The position numbers and the translations under genes were made by a program. A stretch of 64,000 nt of DNA from Myxococcota bacterium (GTDB lineage: Bacteria > Myxococcota_A > Bradymonadia > UBA4248), in the NCBI GenBank assembly GCA_045599585.1, contig JAZRWH010000049.1:1510-65509 (forward strand), written 5' to 3'. Under the pieces are notes generated by a model that worked only from the letters and a program-made list of their open reading frames with translations, searched no databases and had not been told where the DNA came from. This document shows positions 37,317 through 47,231 of this stretch, in pieces. The stretch's first letter is position 1; the number at the start of each line of letters is the position of its first letter.

Positions 37317-37417
37317 GCGCGGGCGTATGGGCATTGCCCATAGCCAACGCGCCCCAACGGCGTATCGTGAAACGATAGCCGTTGGCCGCTGACGTATGCT
37401 CAAGGCATCGTCAGCGG
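37317..37417 (-). repeat. three tandem type B hairpins, inverted orientation
   Basis: GGCGCGGGCGTATGGGC-ATT-GCCCATAGCC..CGCGCC; CCAACGGCGTATCGT-GAA-ACGATAGCCGTTGG; CCGCTGACGTATGC-TCAA-GGCATCGTCAGCGG. Confidence 0.8.
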
Positions 37418-37450
37418 AATCATCCAACAAATTGAAATTTTATGAAAACA

Positions 37451-39349
37451 CTATGCGTTCGTATTTTCAGGAGTTTGTGTTCCCATAAATTCTGGCATCG
37501 TCGCAGAATCTGCATGATGAATACCACTTCGGCAAAGCACTGTTTTAGCAGTCAAAAGAAGGATTTTGAGATCCATAAACAAGCTTGCATGATCGACATA
37601 ATAAGTGTCGAGCGCAAACTTTTCGTTCCAAGAAATTGAATTGCGCCCATTGACCTGAGCCCACCCCGTCACACCGGGCACGACCCATTGGCGTCTTTTT
37701 TGAGCATCCGTATAGCGGTCGAGGTACTGCATGAGAAGTGGACGCGGCCCTACGAGACTCATATCCCCTTTAAAGACGTTGAGAAGCGTCGGGAGCTCAT
37801 CGAGGGACAGGGCTCGAATCATCTTACCGAAACGCGTCAGGCGATCACCGTCTTGCGCAGCATCGATCTCCCCTTCTGTAGCTTTCATCGAGCGGAATTT
37901 AATCAGTTCGAAGGATTCACAATCTAAACCGGGGCGCTGTTGACGGAAAGTGACCGGCAACCCAAGATCGAAACAAACGCCCAATGCAGTCGCAAGCAAT
38001 ACCGGTGAGACAGCCAGAAGCCCAAGTCCAGAAACAGCGAGATCAACGAGACGCTTCGTCGTGCGGTAGCCAAGAGCTGCCCAAGTTTCGGGAGCATTTT
38101 GAGCTGCCTCTTCGAGACAAGCTTTCCACTGAGCCGCAATATGATCGACATGATATAATGCTGCTGCATTTTGTATATTCGGCTGAAGTTTGTCGAGTTC
38201 AGCCCGATCCGCAAGCGAACGAATCGCATCGACGAGCGCATCGACTGAGCCAGGAGAAACGCGTTTGCCCAAGGGGGCATCGCCTTCGATGAGCTCTGCA
38301 AGATCTGAATACTGCGGACAGACCGCTAGAAGCGCACATCCTGCAGCAACTGCACTGAATGCTTTGCTCGGTGCACTCGTCGCCCAAGCTCGGTCAGTCA
38401 ACGTAGCCAAGGCAACATCCGTCTTCGTAAGCAGTTCGGCCCATTCGCGATCTGGCTGAGGACCAATAAATTTTATCGACTCGCTGTACTGATCTCCCCA
38501 AGCAGACTGAAGTCGTGCAGTTCCCTGACCTGTTGAAGCGAAAATAAAACCAACGTGCTTCTTTTCTTCTTCGCTGAGTGAATCAAGGTAGCACGGAATA
38601 GCCTTTTGAACGGTTTCAACATCGTGCATCACGCCCATATTTCCAACATAAGAAAATATGACCCTATCTTGCATCCATGCCCGAAGCGGCTCAGGCAACG
38701 TATCGTCCGTCTGACCAAATTCAGAGGGATCAGCGCCATTGACTATGATCCAAGTATTGGGATGCGTCCCGTATCTTTTTTCAGCAGAAGCCTTCATGAC
38801 ATCGCCCATATAAACGACGGCATCTACGTGACGGATCGTCCAACGATTAATCAACTCAAGCGCCTTAGTAAGCAAATTAGGCTCCATGCCTGCAGCTTCG
38901 AGTGCATCGGGATACATGTCATACATGAGTGCAACGACTGCACAACGATGTAATGGGCGAGTAAGCGCCGTAACAAACGGCACAACAAACGGATTAGTCG
39001 TCACGACCATAACCGGTACTTGATAAGGTTTTCCGTGAGATTCTAGTGTTGTTGCCTTAATCCCATCCAACACAACTTTAGCCGGATAAGCGATCAACGA
39101 CGCCAGGCGCGTCGCCATTCTTTCGGCGTTCGAACCTCGGAAATGCGCTCGCCAAGACTCTGGAGACCACATTTCGCCTGTCGTCGCACGCGTGCCCAAA
39201 GCGTTCAGCGAGCGAACTGCGCGCTCAAGTGGACCACCACCGACCGATGAAAACATTTTGCCGCGTACACGACGTCTCGCAGGATCCTGAGGTTTTCCGG
39301 TCAAAAAATTACAAATTTTAGAAATTATAGATGAAGTTTCTTTTGCCAT
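37451..39349 (-). CDS. fusion of a glycosyltransferase (GT-B/GT4-like) and a PglC-type monotopic phosphoglycosyl transferase
   Basis: The C-terminal ~190 aa carry the bacterial sugar transferase signature: re-entrant helix LVDLAVSGLGLLAVSPVLL, then DELPTLLNVFKGDMSLVGPRP. The N-terminal ~430 aa are GT-like. The start overlaps the mutS 3' end by 25 nt. Confidence 0.85.
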   Translation of the reverse strand: MAKETSSIISKICNFLTGKPQDPARRRVRGKMFSSVGGGPLERAVRSLNALGTRATTGEMWSPESWRAHFRGSNAERMATRLASLIAYPAKVVLDGIKATTLESHGKPYQVPVMVVTTNPFVVPFVTALTRPLHRCAVVALMYDMYPDALEAAGMEPNLLTKALELINRWTIRHVDAVVYMGDVMKASAEKRYGTHPNTWIIVNGADPSEFGQTDDTLPEPLRAWMQDRVIFSYVGNMGVMHDVETVQKAIPCYLDSLSEEEKKHVGFIFASTGQGTARLQSAWGDQYSESIKFIGPQPDREWAELLTKTDVALATLTDRAWATSAPSKAFSAVAAGCALLAVCPQYSDLAELIEGDAPLGKRVSPGSVDALVDAIRSLADRAELDKLQPNIQNAAALYHVDHIAAQWKACLEEAAQNAPETWAALGYRTTKRLVDLAVSGLGLLAVSPVLLATALGVCFDLGLPVTFRQQRPGLDCESFELIKFRSMKATEGEIDAAQDGDRLTRFGKMIRALSLDELPTLLNVFKGDMSLVGPRPLLMQYLDRYTDAQKRRQWVVPGVTGWAQVNGRNSISWNEKFALDTYYVDHASLFMDLKILLLTAKTVLCRSGIHHADSATMPEFMGTQTPENTNA

Positions 39350-42102
39350 TTATACAACCAATTTAAAGCCTGTATAGGCGATGTAGTGTCCAAAGATAAC
39401 GATTTAAAAGCATCTAAGAAATTTTGCGTATCCTGATCAAGCACCGAAGTTGTTTCGGGGACTGGTTCGGTGGAGGCAAAAAGAGAACGTTGCGTGATGG
39501 GATGTTTAACGACAGGCGCTGTAACCTGTTTGCTTTCGACCAAGCCATCTTTGCCAGCTTCATTTCGTACGAGCTCCGCATGGGCATTTTTTTCGAGAAG
39601 CTTCAGGATAGATTCTGCACGGTCAATGACTTCACCAGGAATGCCTGCGATGCGAGCGACCTCAATACCGTAACTGCGATTTGCCGCTCCCAAGATCAGT
39701 TTACGCAAAAAGACGATCTCTTTGCCATACTCTTTCACAGCAATAGACGTATTTTGTATCCCAGAGAGGACATTTTCAAGCTCAGTGAGTTCGTGATAAT
39801 GCGTCGCAAACAAAGAGCGAGCGCCGACTTTAGTATGAAGAAATTCGGTAATAGCCCAAGCGAGGGATAGACCATCATAGGTTGATGTACCGCGGCCAAT
39901 TTCGTCAAGGATTACTAAACTACGAGGCGTCGCATTTTTAAGGATATTCGCGGTTTCTGTCATTTCGACCATAAAAGTCGATTGCCCGAGCGCAAGATTA
40001 TCGCTTGCCCCAACACGCGAAAAGATTCTGTCCACCAAACCGATATGCGCCGCCTCGGCCGGAACAAAAGACCCCATTTGCGCCATCAAGGTAATAATTG
40101 CAGCCTGACGAATGATCGTTGATTTACCAGCCATATTTGGCCCTGTAATAATCATAAACCGACCATTTTCGTTGAGCTGAATGTCGTTGGGAACGAATCT
40201 CTCGCCTTTTGGCAAAAAGCGTTCAACAACAGGGTGACGCGCATTTTTCAACGAAAAAGCACGAGATTCATCGATTTCTGGGCGCGTGTAACTTCGATGA
40301 TGCGCTGTATGAGCAAGTGAAGCCAAGACATCAATATGTGCCAGAATACGAGCGTTGCGCATCAACATAGGAATATGATGTGCCGCAAATAACTTAAGGT
40401 CGGCATAGAGCTGTAATTCGCGTTCACCGCGCTTCGCTTTTGCGTTAAGGATATTCTCCTCATACTCCTTAAGTTCAGGCGTATAAAATCGATCCGCATT
40501 TGCTAGCGTCTGTGAGCGCACGTACGAATCCGGTACACCCGAAAGCTTCGCTTTTGGTACTTCGATAAAATAGCCAAATACGCGATGATACTTTACTTTA
40601 AGCGACGTTATCCCCGTTTCAATTCGCTGTTTGGCTTCATAATCCAAAAGCCACTGAGCACCGTGTTCATCGAGCTCAACATAATTGTCGAGTGTTTCAT
40701 CGTAACCGCATTTAAAAAAGCGCGTATCGTTTAAGTTGCTAGGTGCATCATCCGTCAACGCCAAATCGATCTCGTCTGCCAATCGCACAAGCGGATTCAG
40801 TTGTTCCGCTGCACGCCAAAAATACTTGGCATGTGCATTTTTACATCGCTCTACGACGCTGGGTATTGCTCGAAGCGTATTTTTAAGCATCAGTAATTCG
40901 CGAGGCATAATTCGATCGTTTGCAATTTTTGTCGTCAAACGTTCGAGATCACCAGTTTCATGCAACAAATTCCTCAACGCCTCACGCGTCTCAAGGTCAT
41001 TGAACAGATCATCTACAGCATCCAGACGTGCCGTGATTTGACGCACATCTTTAAGTGGGTACGCCAACCAATTTTGCATTAATCGCGCCCCACCGCCCGT
41101 CACAGTTTCGTCAAGTTCTCCGAGAAGGGAGCCTTTTTTCCCACCCCCACGAAGCGTCGCGTAAATCTCAAGATTTTGGAACGTCGCGCCATCAATTTGC
41201 ATAAAAGCTTCTGCGCGATAGGGATAAACCTGCTCGATATTGCTCGTCAGTGGATAATGCAATTCGACGAGGTACATCAAAACACCGCAAAGAGAGGACG
41301 CTACGCCATCTGGATCTTCAAATCCTGTTTGCTCGATCGAGGAGAGAAACGTCAAAAACTTCTCTTTAGATAAGAACTTTTCATCCGCCCCCTGAGACTG
41401 CCAGTGATTGAGAATCGCCTGCTGTGAAAAGAGTTCAACGGGGCGCACTTCGACAGGAATACCAACAAACGCCTTGTCTAGCACGCCTCTAGAATCGTGT
41501 GTTACGAGTTCACGCACGTTAAGCCGCTGAAGTTCGGCAGCCAATTCTTGCGTACTCGAAACCTCAGTCATCGTGCAATATCCCGTCGAAAGATCAATGC
41601 TTGAGAGCGCAATTTTTGAGCCGTGCCCCATACAAACGCCACTCAAAAAACGTGCATTGCGATCATGCCCTGGGCGTTCATCGCACAGCGTACCAGGTGT
41701 CACAATTTGTGTGATGCCGCGTTTTACGATCTGATTCGAAGGTACTGTGCTGGGGTCTTCAAGTTGATCACATACGGCAACGCGAAATCCCTGTTCTACA
41801 AGCGAAAACAAATACTCATTGATCGCTTTGTGTGGCACGCCTGCCATGGGTACATCTTCGCCATCTTCGGATTTATTACGTGACGTAAGTGTCAAATCGA
41901 GTGCTCGGGCTACGACTTTTGCATCATCAAAAAAAGTTTCATAAAAGTCGCCCATTCTAAAGAGCAAAAGAGCCCCCGGAGCCTGGCGTTTAACCTCCAA
42001 ATACTGCTCGTACATCTTGGTTAATTTCACCTTAACGCCGCAATAAACGATAAGGTTTTCATTAATCCATGTTAAGCCAGGGAGTTCATCCCCAAATTGC
42101 AT
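39325..42102 (-). CDS. mutS: DNA mismatch repair protein MutS
   Basis: MYEQYLEVK...FRMGDFYETFFDDA at the N-terminus. Walker A GPNMAGKST. DEIGRGTSTYDG. The true start may be about 25-29 codons downstream of 42102. Confidence 0.93.
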   Translation of the reverse strand: MQFGDELPGLTWINENLIVYCGVKVKLTKMYEQYLEVKRQAPGALLLFRMGDFYETFFDDAKVVARALDLTLTSRNKSEDGEDVPMAGVPHKAINEYLFSLVEQGFRVAVCDQLEDPSTVPSNQIVKRGITQIVTPGTLCDERPGHDRNARFLSGVCMGHGSKIALSSIDLSTGYCTMTEVSSTQELAAELQRLNVRELVTHDSRGVLDKAFVGIPVEVRPVELFSQQAILNHWQSQGADEKFLSKEKFLTFLSSIEQTGFEDPDGVASSLCGVLMYLVELHYPLTSNIEQVYPYRAEAFMQIDGATFQNLEIYATLRGGGKKGSLLGELDETVTGGGARLMQNWLAYPLKDVRQITARLDAVDDLFNDLETREALRNLLHETGDLERLTTKIANDRIMPRELLMLKNTLRAIPSVVERCKNAHAKYFWRAAEQLNPLVRLADEIDLALTDDAPSNLNDTRFFKCGYDETLDNYVELDEHGAQWLLDYEAKQRIETGITSLKVKYHRVFGYFIEVPKAKLSGVPDSYVRSQTLANADRFYTPELKEYEENILNAKAKRGERELQLYADLKLFAAHHIPMLMRNARILAHIDVLASLAHTAHHRSYTRPEIDESRAFSLKNARHPVVERFLPKGERFVPNDIQLNENGRFMIITGPNMAGKSTIIRQAAIITLMAQMGSFVPAEAAHIGLVDRIFSRVGASDNLALGQSTFMVEMTETANILKNATPRSLVILDEIGRGTSTYDGLSLAWAITEFLHTKVGARSLFATHYHELTELENVLSGIQNTSIAVKEYGKEIVFLRKLILGAANRSYGIEVARIAGIPGEVIDRAESILKLLEKNAHAELVRNEAGKDGLVESKQVTAPVVKHPITQRSLFASTEPVPETTSVLDQDTQNFLDAFKSLSLDTTSPIQALNWLYKWQKKLHL

Positions 42103-42161
42103 ATTAAACTCCTATATTTTAATGCATAATTCTCATTTTGAAGCCCTCGTTCAAAGCTTAC

Positions 42162-42196
42162 AAAACGAAAAAGGACGCGCAATCTTTCGCGCATCC
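42162..42196 (-). terminator. intrinsic terminator after tatA
   Basis: Minus strand reads GGATGCGC-GAAAGATT-GCGCGTCC followed by a T-rich run. Confidence 0.6.
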
Positions 42197-42219
42197 TCAA
42201 GCTATGCCAAAGAATGCAA

Positions 42220-42483
42220 TCAGACCTTTGTAGAAGCATCTTCTGCATTTTCTTTATTTTCTGTAGCAATTTTTTGATTTTCAAGCGCCTTTCGTTCTTT
42301 TTCTTTGCTTGCAGCTTCATCTTCAGCTTCAACCTCGCGCATGCCTCGTTTGAAGTTGCGAATCCCCTCTCCAATCGAAGATCCTAGTTTAGGAATCTTT
42401 GTTGCTCCAAACAGAACGACAACAATGACGGCAATGACGATAAGTTCCTGAGTACCAAAAATAAAGGCGAGAGAGATCAACAT
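42220..42483 (-). CDS. tatA: twin-arginine translocase subunit TatA/E
   Basis: 87 aa. TM helix, then FGATKIPKLGSSIGEGIRNFK amphipathic motif. Confidence 0.9.
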   Translation of the reverse strand: MLISLAFIFGTQELIVIAVIVVVLFGATKIPKLGSSIGEGIRNFKRGMREVEAEDEAASKEKERKALENQKIATENKENAEDASTKV

Positions 42484-42636
42484 ATTTCCTAAAACTCCGA
42501 AAACGAGATCAAAATTGCCCTAAACCGCAAATAGCAAAGGGCGAGCTGTGTTAGCACAAAGCCCCCTCAATCGTCAAAGGCGGCTTCTTAAGGATCATGT
42601 TTTTTATGCTCTAAATCTGAATGATCTTCCCTTAGG

Positions 42637-42743
42637 CTGTCGTCTATTGGCTTTGCCAATACGACGACAGATGCTCCGCCTATTGGCTACGCCAATACGG
42701 CGTCACTCGCAGGCTTTGCCGGTCAAACCGGCAATACGCCTGC
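42637..42743 (+). repeat. three tandem type B hairpins, forward
   Basis: CTGTCGTCTATTGGC-TTT-GCCAATACGACGACAG; CGCCTATTGGC-TAC-GCCAATACGGCG; GCAGGCTTTGCCGG-TCAA-ACCGGCAATACGCCTGC. Confidence 0.85.
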
Positions 42744-42827
42744 TGTACGTTTATTTACATATTTTTTGCATACAATTATACATCATTTAATTACAATTTC
42801 ACAAACAACAAATTCGATATCCTATAT

Positions 42828-43233
42828 CACTGCTGTCCCACAATAATTTTGTAGAATACTCGGATAACTCTACTGTAGCTTTATATTATCGATATATAGT
42901 TACTTCTAAACATGAAAAAGACTTAAGATTACTGTTAAATCGCACGCGTCGCGAAGCCGGAGGCAAGCAGCGGGCGCACCGGGCGAGCGGGCGCGCATGT
43001 TGAAGACGAAGTCAAGTTCGCGCCCGCCGATGAGCGAATTAATCTATCCCCATGACCTGCATACAACATTGATCTGCCGCGCGATAAAAGAGCGTGGGGA
43101 TTCCAAAGGGGCGTCCACAATACGACGCCCCTTTGGGCCGTCCGCAGGACAGAATGAGAATAAGAAAAGTATAAAATTCTGTAACGAGTGCATTTCGTTG
43201 CAGTTAATGAAAATATGTTGTGGGACAGCAGTG
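42828..43233 (+). mobile_element. non-autonomous MITE, copy 2 (406 bp), no ORF
   Basis: TIRs CACTGCTGTCCCAC (42828-42841) and GTGGGACAGCAGTG (43220-43233). Perfect 9-bp direct repeat ATCCTATAT at 42819-42827 and 43234-43242. Same orientation as copy 1. Confidence 0.85.
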
Positions 43234-43262
43234 ATCCTATATATAAAAATATACAAGATAAA

Positions 43263-43331
43263 GGCGCGTATTCTCAAGCAACAAGCTTGAGAATAGCGCC
43301 GACCGCGTGCCGTATCGCCAGATAGGCACGC
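43263..43331 (-). repeat. two tandem type B hairpins, inverted orientation
   Basis: GGCGCGTATTCTCAAGC-AACA-AGCTTGAGAATAGCGCC and GCGTGCCGTAT-CGCCAG-ATAGGCACGC. Confidence 0.85.
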
Positions 43332-43346
43332 CAAATATGATATAAA

Positions 43347-46300
43347 TTAATGCTTTACCTCAGCATCAATGATTGTTCGCACGATACTGCCGTGAAGCGC
43401 GTCTTTTTCGACTTTGAGCTGATTGCCAATCTTCTTATCAAGGCCTTCAACGTGAGAAATGATGCCGACGAGACGTTTTCCCCCTTGCAGGTCTACCAAG
43501 GCTTTCATAGCGCGACTGAGCGTTTCAGGATCGAGCGTGCCAAAACCTTCGTCAACAAATAATGAATCGAGCTGGATACCGCCGGTTGTCTGCTGAATCT
43601 CGTCACTCAACCCCAGTGCCAACGCCAATGACGCTAGGAAAGACTCGCCCCCTGAAAGCGTGTTTGCTAATCGTTCTTTTTCATTCGCAAAAATATCGAC
43701 GACGTTGAGCTCAAGACCACTTTGCCCGTTGCCCCCCTTCGGCTCTTCACGACGTTTTAGAAGATACTGATGATTCGTCATATTATAAAAACGGATATTG
43801 GCGAAATCCAACACTCTATCGAAGTAGGCCATTTGCACCCACGTTTCGAGGTTAATCTTATTCCCCGGAAGCTTCCCAGAGAACAAATCGTTCAGGCTAT
43901 TCAGTGCCAACCAACGTTTCTTATTTTTGCTCAGTGCTGCTGCACCGGCTTTTAACGTTTCTAAGCTATCGCAATTTGTCGTATAGCGACTTGTAACTTG
44001 ATCGTAATGATCTTTCTTTATACCTTTCTGATTTTTAAGTTCATTCTGCTGGAGTTTAAGTTGATCTAAATCTATAGCAGGTGTTTTGGCTATTTCATCA
44101 GCGAGCTGTTTGATCTGAGCCTCAAAATTAGAGCACAATGTCAAACCTTCTTGGTACGATAATTCTGCATTTTTAATATTAAGTTGAAGTTGATTCGACT
44201 TTTGTTGAAGCGATTCAATTTTTTGTTTTGCGATTTCATAACTATCGCAATCCAGCTCATTTCGCAGGGCATCGATTTCCTTGCGACTACTCTCAAGGGT
44301 TGCCTTCAAACTCGCCACACTTTCTCTCACTTTTTGTCGCGTGTCTGTTTTTTCGTTTGTTTGTATCAGAAGCTCTGCCTTTGATTTTTCGAGACCATTT
44401 TTATACGTCAAGCGCTCATTTTCATTATCCAAATTTGCTTGAATAGACTTGATTTCATCCTCTGACGCCATTAAAGCCTTCTTTAGACTGATACCAAGCA
44501 ACTCGAACGATACATCCTGTCCCAAACACGCTTTCGATTCACGAAGCAGGCTATCCAAAAGCGTTTTTCGTTTCGATTCTTCAGACACAAATACGCTGAC
44601 CTTGTCATTTTTATTATTCTGCAACTGATCAAGCGTTTTCTTTGCTTGAGGGATCAACTGCTGCGACAACATTTCTGCGCGCTCAAGTTTGTGGCTACAA
44701 GCTGTCATTTTTTCATCAACAGCTTTCAGATCCATTTGGGTTTGTTCACAACGCGCTTGAATTGATTTGTCCAAACCATCTTCCTCACAAGAAATACCGA
44801 GTTTTTGAGCCGCATCCGTGATCTGGATACGCATCGTATCGCGCTCAGCCTGTTTGCCACTGACCTCATTTTTATAATTTAATAGTTCTTCGGTGAGCTT
44901 AGATAAATCTAGTTCAGCCTCATGGATGAGCGCTTTCAACGCATCAAAACGCTCTTTTTGTGCTGTTGCATCCTCATATCGTTTCGTAAAGTCTTCATGT
45001 TCAGTTTTAAGCGTTATTGCGAAATGATCCAACGCAGTTTTTACATCGGTACAATCTTCACAATGAAGAAGCGAGCACAAATTCTCGTGAAGCTGATTGC
45101 GTGCAGCTTCGAATTCAGCCTTAGCTGATGCTGCCTTTTGCACTGATTCATCAAGTGCGACTTGAGCTGCTTTTCGTTTTATTTCTAATTCTCTAAATTC
45201 TAATTCATCAGGCACTTTTTGCGCACGTTGTGCAGGAAACGGATGATGTGTCGAACCGCAAACGGGACAAGGTTTGCCTTCTTCAAGGCTTTGAGCGAGG
45301 AACCCCGCTTTATCATCACGGATAAGCTTTTCAATTTGGATAAATTGATGATTCAGTGATTCATACAACTTGCTTTTATCCAAATAATCGTCACATGCAT
45401 CTTTGTGCATCCATTCTTTCTTATAAACATCATCAAGTGCGCGCTCCAATCTTTCAACTTCTTTTTGTCGCTTTTCACACTGTTCTATTTTAGCAGAAAG
45501 ATCGACAGTAAGCGCTTCCGCGCCAGATTTTGCTTCTTTTTCATCTTTTAACGCAGTCAGAGCCTGTTCTTTTTCGCATTTATCTTTTTCAACCAAGGCG
45601 CATTGATGAGTAAAATCATCGATTTTTTGAATAACAACCTTCAGTTTGTTTAACTGGTCGATAAGAGCAGTCAAATCTTCTAATTCGCGAGTAAGATCTT
45701 TGTGTTGTTCTTCCAACTGACGCAGTCTTAATGCACAGCCTGCAAGCGTTTCGACTTCATCATTGAGTATTTGAAGGTTAAGTTTTTCTTTTTCGATACG
45801 CGCATCGTAATCTTTAAGTTCTTGATTAAGCGTAGAGAGCTTTTCTTCAAGTTGTTTTATATGTTCATAAGCACCACCAATTTGACTCAACTTATCTTTT
45901 TTATGATTTGAATCCTCCAAGGCATGTTGAAGTTTGATCCTTCGGGCATCGATATCACTAAGCGAAACCAACGCGCTCTGAACGTCTTCGAGTTTCTTCG
46001 CAATAGCTTCGAGTTCTTCCTCTAGTTTTAAACAAAGTCCGGTCTCTTCTTTATACTTACCCTCAATTTTATCAATTGATGCATTTTTTTGATCAAACAG
46101 ATCATATTTGGGGAGCTGCTCCTTACGCACAGCAATCTCAGCGAGAATATTGTCGATTTCGGGCTGCTTAAGCTTTAGAGTTTCCAGGTTGTTTAAAAGA
46201 GCGCGAACGTTAATCTTCTGATCATCGAGCTGTTTTGTCAGAGCAACATGTTGTAATTCTTTTTGATGCATTGATTCTGCAGTATTGATCTGTGCAGCAA

Positions 46301-47099
46301 GCATTTCCAATGCACTATCGATGCGTTCTATCTCTGAGTTTACTTGGTTGCGCAAATTTTTGTCATCATTGACGATATTTGTAAGCACATCCATCGCTTC
46401 TTCTGCATGAATACATTCTTTTTGGAAGGGCATCCATGCGTTCAGATATTGCGAATCACTCGAAAGTACGACTTTTTTACAAGCCTCGTCCTGCTTAGAT
46501 TTTTCTTTATCATTGCCAGTTTGTTCACTCGCTAGCATCTTTGCAATTTTGTCTTGAATTGCCTCATACTTTTCGGTTCTAAAGATACTTCTAAAGATTT
46601 CACGACGCGTTTTGGTATCAGAATCCAAGAGCTTACGAAACTGCCCCTGCTGAAGCATCATGATCTGAGAGAACTGCGTCCCATTGATTCCGAAAATTTC
46701 GATAATTTTGCTCTTAACGACTTTCTCTTGCGTTAACTGCTTTCCATCTGGGAGTGTCAGTTGCACAGAAGCCCCTTGCGTTGTCACGCCCTCACCTCTC
46801 AGTCTCGGGCGCTCGTATTCTGGATTACGTTTTACCGTATATTTTTGTCCTGCATAACAAAACGAAAACTCTACATAAGTTTCTGTCCGTCTGTCAGCAT
46901 TGACCGCTCGAAGGCTTTTGGCCGGCCGACTACATTCACCAAACAACGCATAAATGATCGCATCAAAGATCGTTGTTTTGCCTGCACCTGTTTCACCGGC
47001 AATTAAAAAAAGACCGTGTTCCCCAAATTTAGTAAAATCAATCGACGTACAACCCGCATAAGAACAAAAAGCTGACATTTTAAGCACAAGCGGTTTCAT
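43347..47099 (-). CDS. sbcC: exonuclease SbcC (Rad50-like ATPase)
   Basis: Walker A GETGAGKTTIFDAI. Long coiled coil with zinc hook CPVCGS. Signature LSGGESFLASLALALGLS. Walker B LFVDEGFGTLD. Confidence 0.92.
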   Translation of the reverse strand: MKPLVLKMSAFCSYAGCTSIDFTKFGEHGLFLIAGETGAGKTTIFDAIIYALFGECSRPAKSLRAVNADRRTETYVEFSFCYAGQKYTVKRNPEYERPRLRGEGVTTQGASVQLTLPDGKQLTQEKVVKSKIIEIFGINGTQFSQIMMLQQGQFRKLLDSDTKTRREIFRSIFRTEKYEAIQDKIAKMLASEQTGNDKEKSKQDEACKKVVLSSDSQYLNAWMPFQKECIHAEEAMDVLTNIVNDDKNLRNQVNSEIERIDSALEMLAAQINTAESMHQKELQHVALTKQLDDQKINVRALLNNLETLKLKQPEIDNILAEIAVRKEQLPKYDLFDQKNASIDKIEGKYKEETGLCLKLEEELEAIAKKLEDVQSALVSLSDIDARRIKLQHALEDSNHKKDKLSQIGGAYEHIKQLEEKLSTLNQELKDYDARIEKEKLNLQILNDEVETLAGCALRLRQLEEQHKDLTRELEDLTALIDQLNKLKVVIQKIDDFTHQCALVEKDKCEKEQALTALKDEKEAKSGAEALTVDLSAKIEQCEKRQKEVERLERALDDVYKKEWMHKDACDDYLDKSKLYESLNHQFIQIEKLIRDDKAGFLAQSLEEGKPCPVCGSTHHPFPAQRAQKVPDELEFRELEIKRKAAQVALDESVQKAASAKAEFEAARNQLHENLCSLLHCEDCTDVKTALDHFAITLKTEHEDFTKRYEDATAQKERFDALKALIHEAELDLSKLTEELLNYKNEVSGKQAERDTMRIQITDAAQKLGISCEEDGLDKSIQARCEQTQMDLKAVDEKMTACSHKLERAEMLSQQLIPQAKKTLDQLQNNKNDKVSVFVSEESKRKTLLDSLLRESKACLGQDVSFELLGISLKKALMASEDEIKSIQANLDNENERLTYKNGLEKSKAELLIQTNEKTDTRQKVRESVASLKATLESSRKEIDALRNELDCDSYEIAKQKIESLQQKSNQLQLNIKNAELSYQEGLTLCSNFEAQIKQLADEIAKTPAIDLDQLKLQQNELKNQKGIKKDHYDQVTSRYTTNCDSLETLKAGAAALSKNKKRWLALNSLNDLFSGKLPGNKINLETWVQMAYFDRVLDFANIRFYNMTNHQYLLKRREEPKGGNGQSGLELNVVDIFANEKERLANTLSGGESFLASLALALGLSDEIQQTTGGIQLDSLFVDEGFGTLDPETLSRAMKALVDLQGGKRLVGIISHVEGLDKKIGNQLKVEKDALHGSIVRTIIDAEVKH

Positions 47100-47171
47100 A
47101 CAAGCTCTCCTTAATTTGTATTTTATACAACATTTAATAACTATAAAGTATCACTTTCAATGCAAACACCA

Positions 47172-47231
47172 GAAGGGGTAGCGGCGTATTTGCTTGCAAA
47201 TAGCCGCTCAGGGGAAGACATTCCCCTCAGG
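47172..47231 (-). repeat. REP-like composite element, type A, short form, inverted, between sbcD and sbcC
   Basis: GAAGGGGTAGCGGCGTATTTGC-TT-GCAAATAGCCGCTCAGGGGAAGACATTCCCCTCAGG. Confidence 0.9.

Noticed and set aside
37163-37417. Hairpin clusters as a possible CRISPR array (also 42637-42743 and 63867-63932)
   Set aside because: The units differ from each other in sequence. Spacing is irregular and too short, the units are palindromic, and no cas genes are present.
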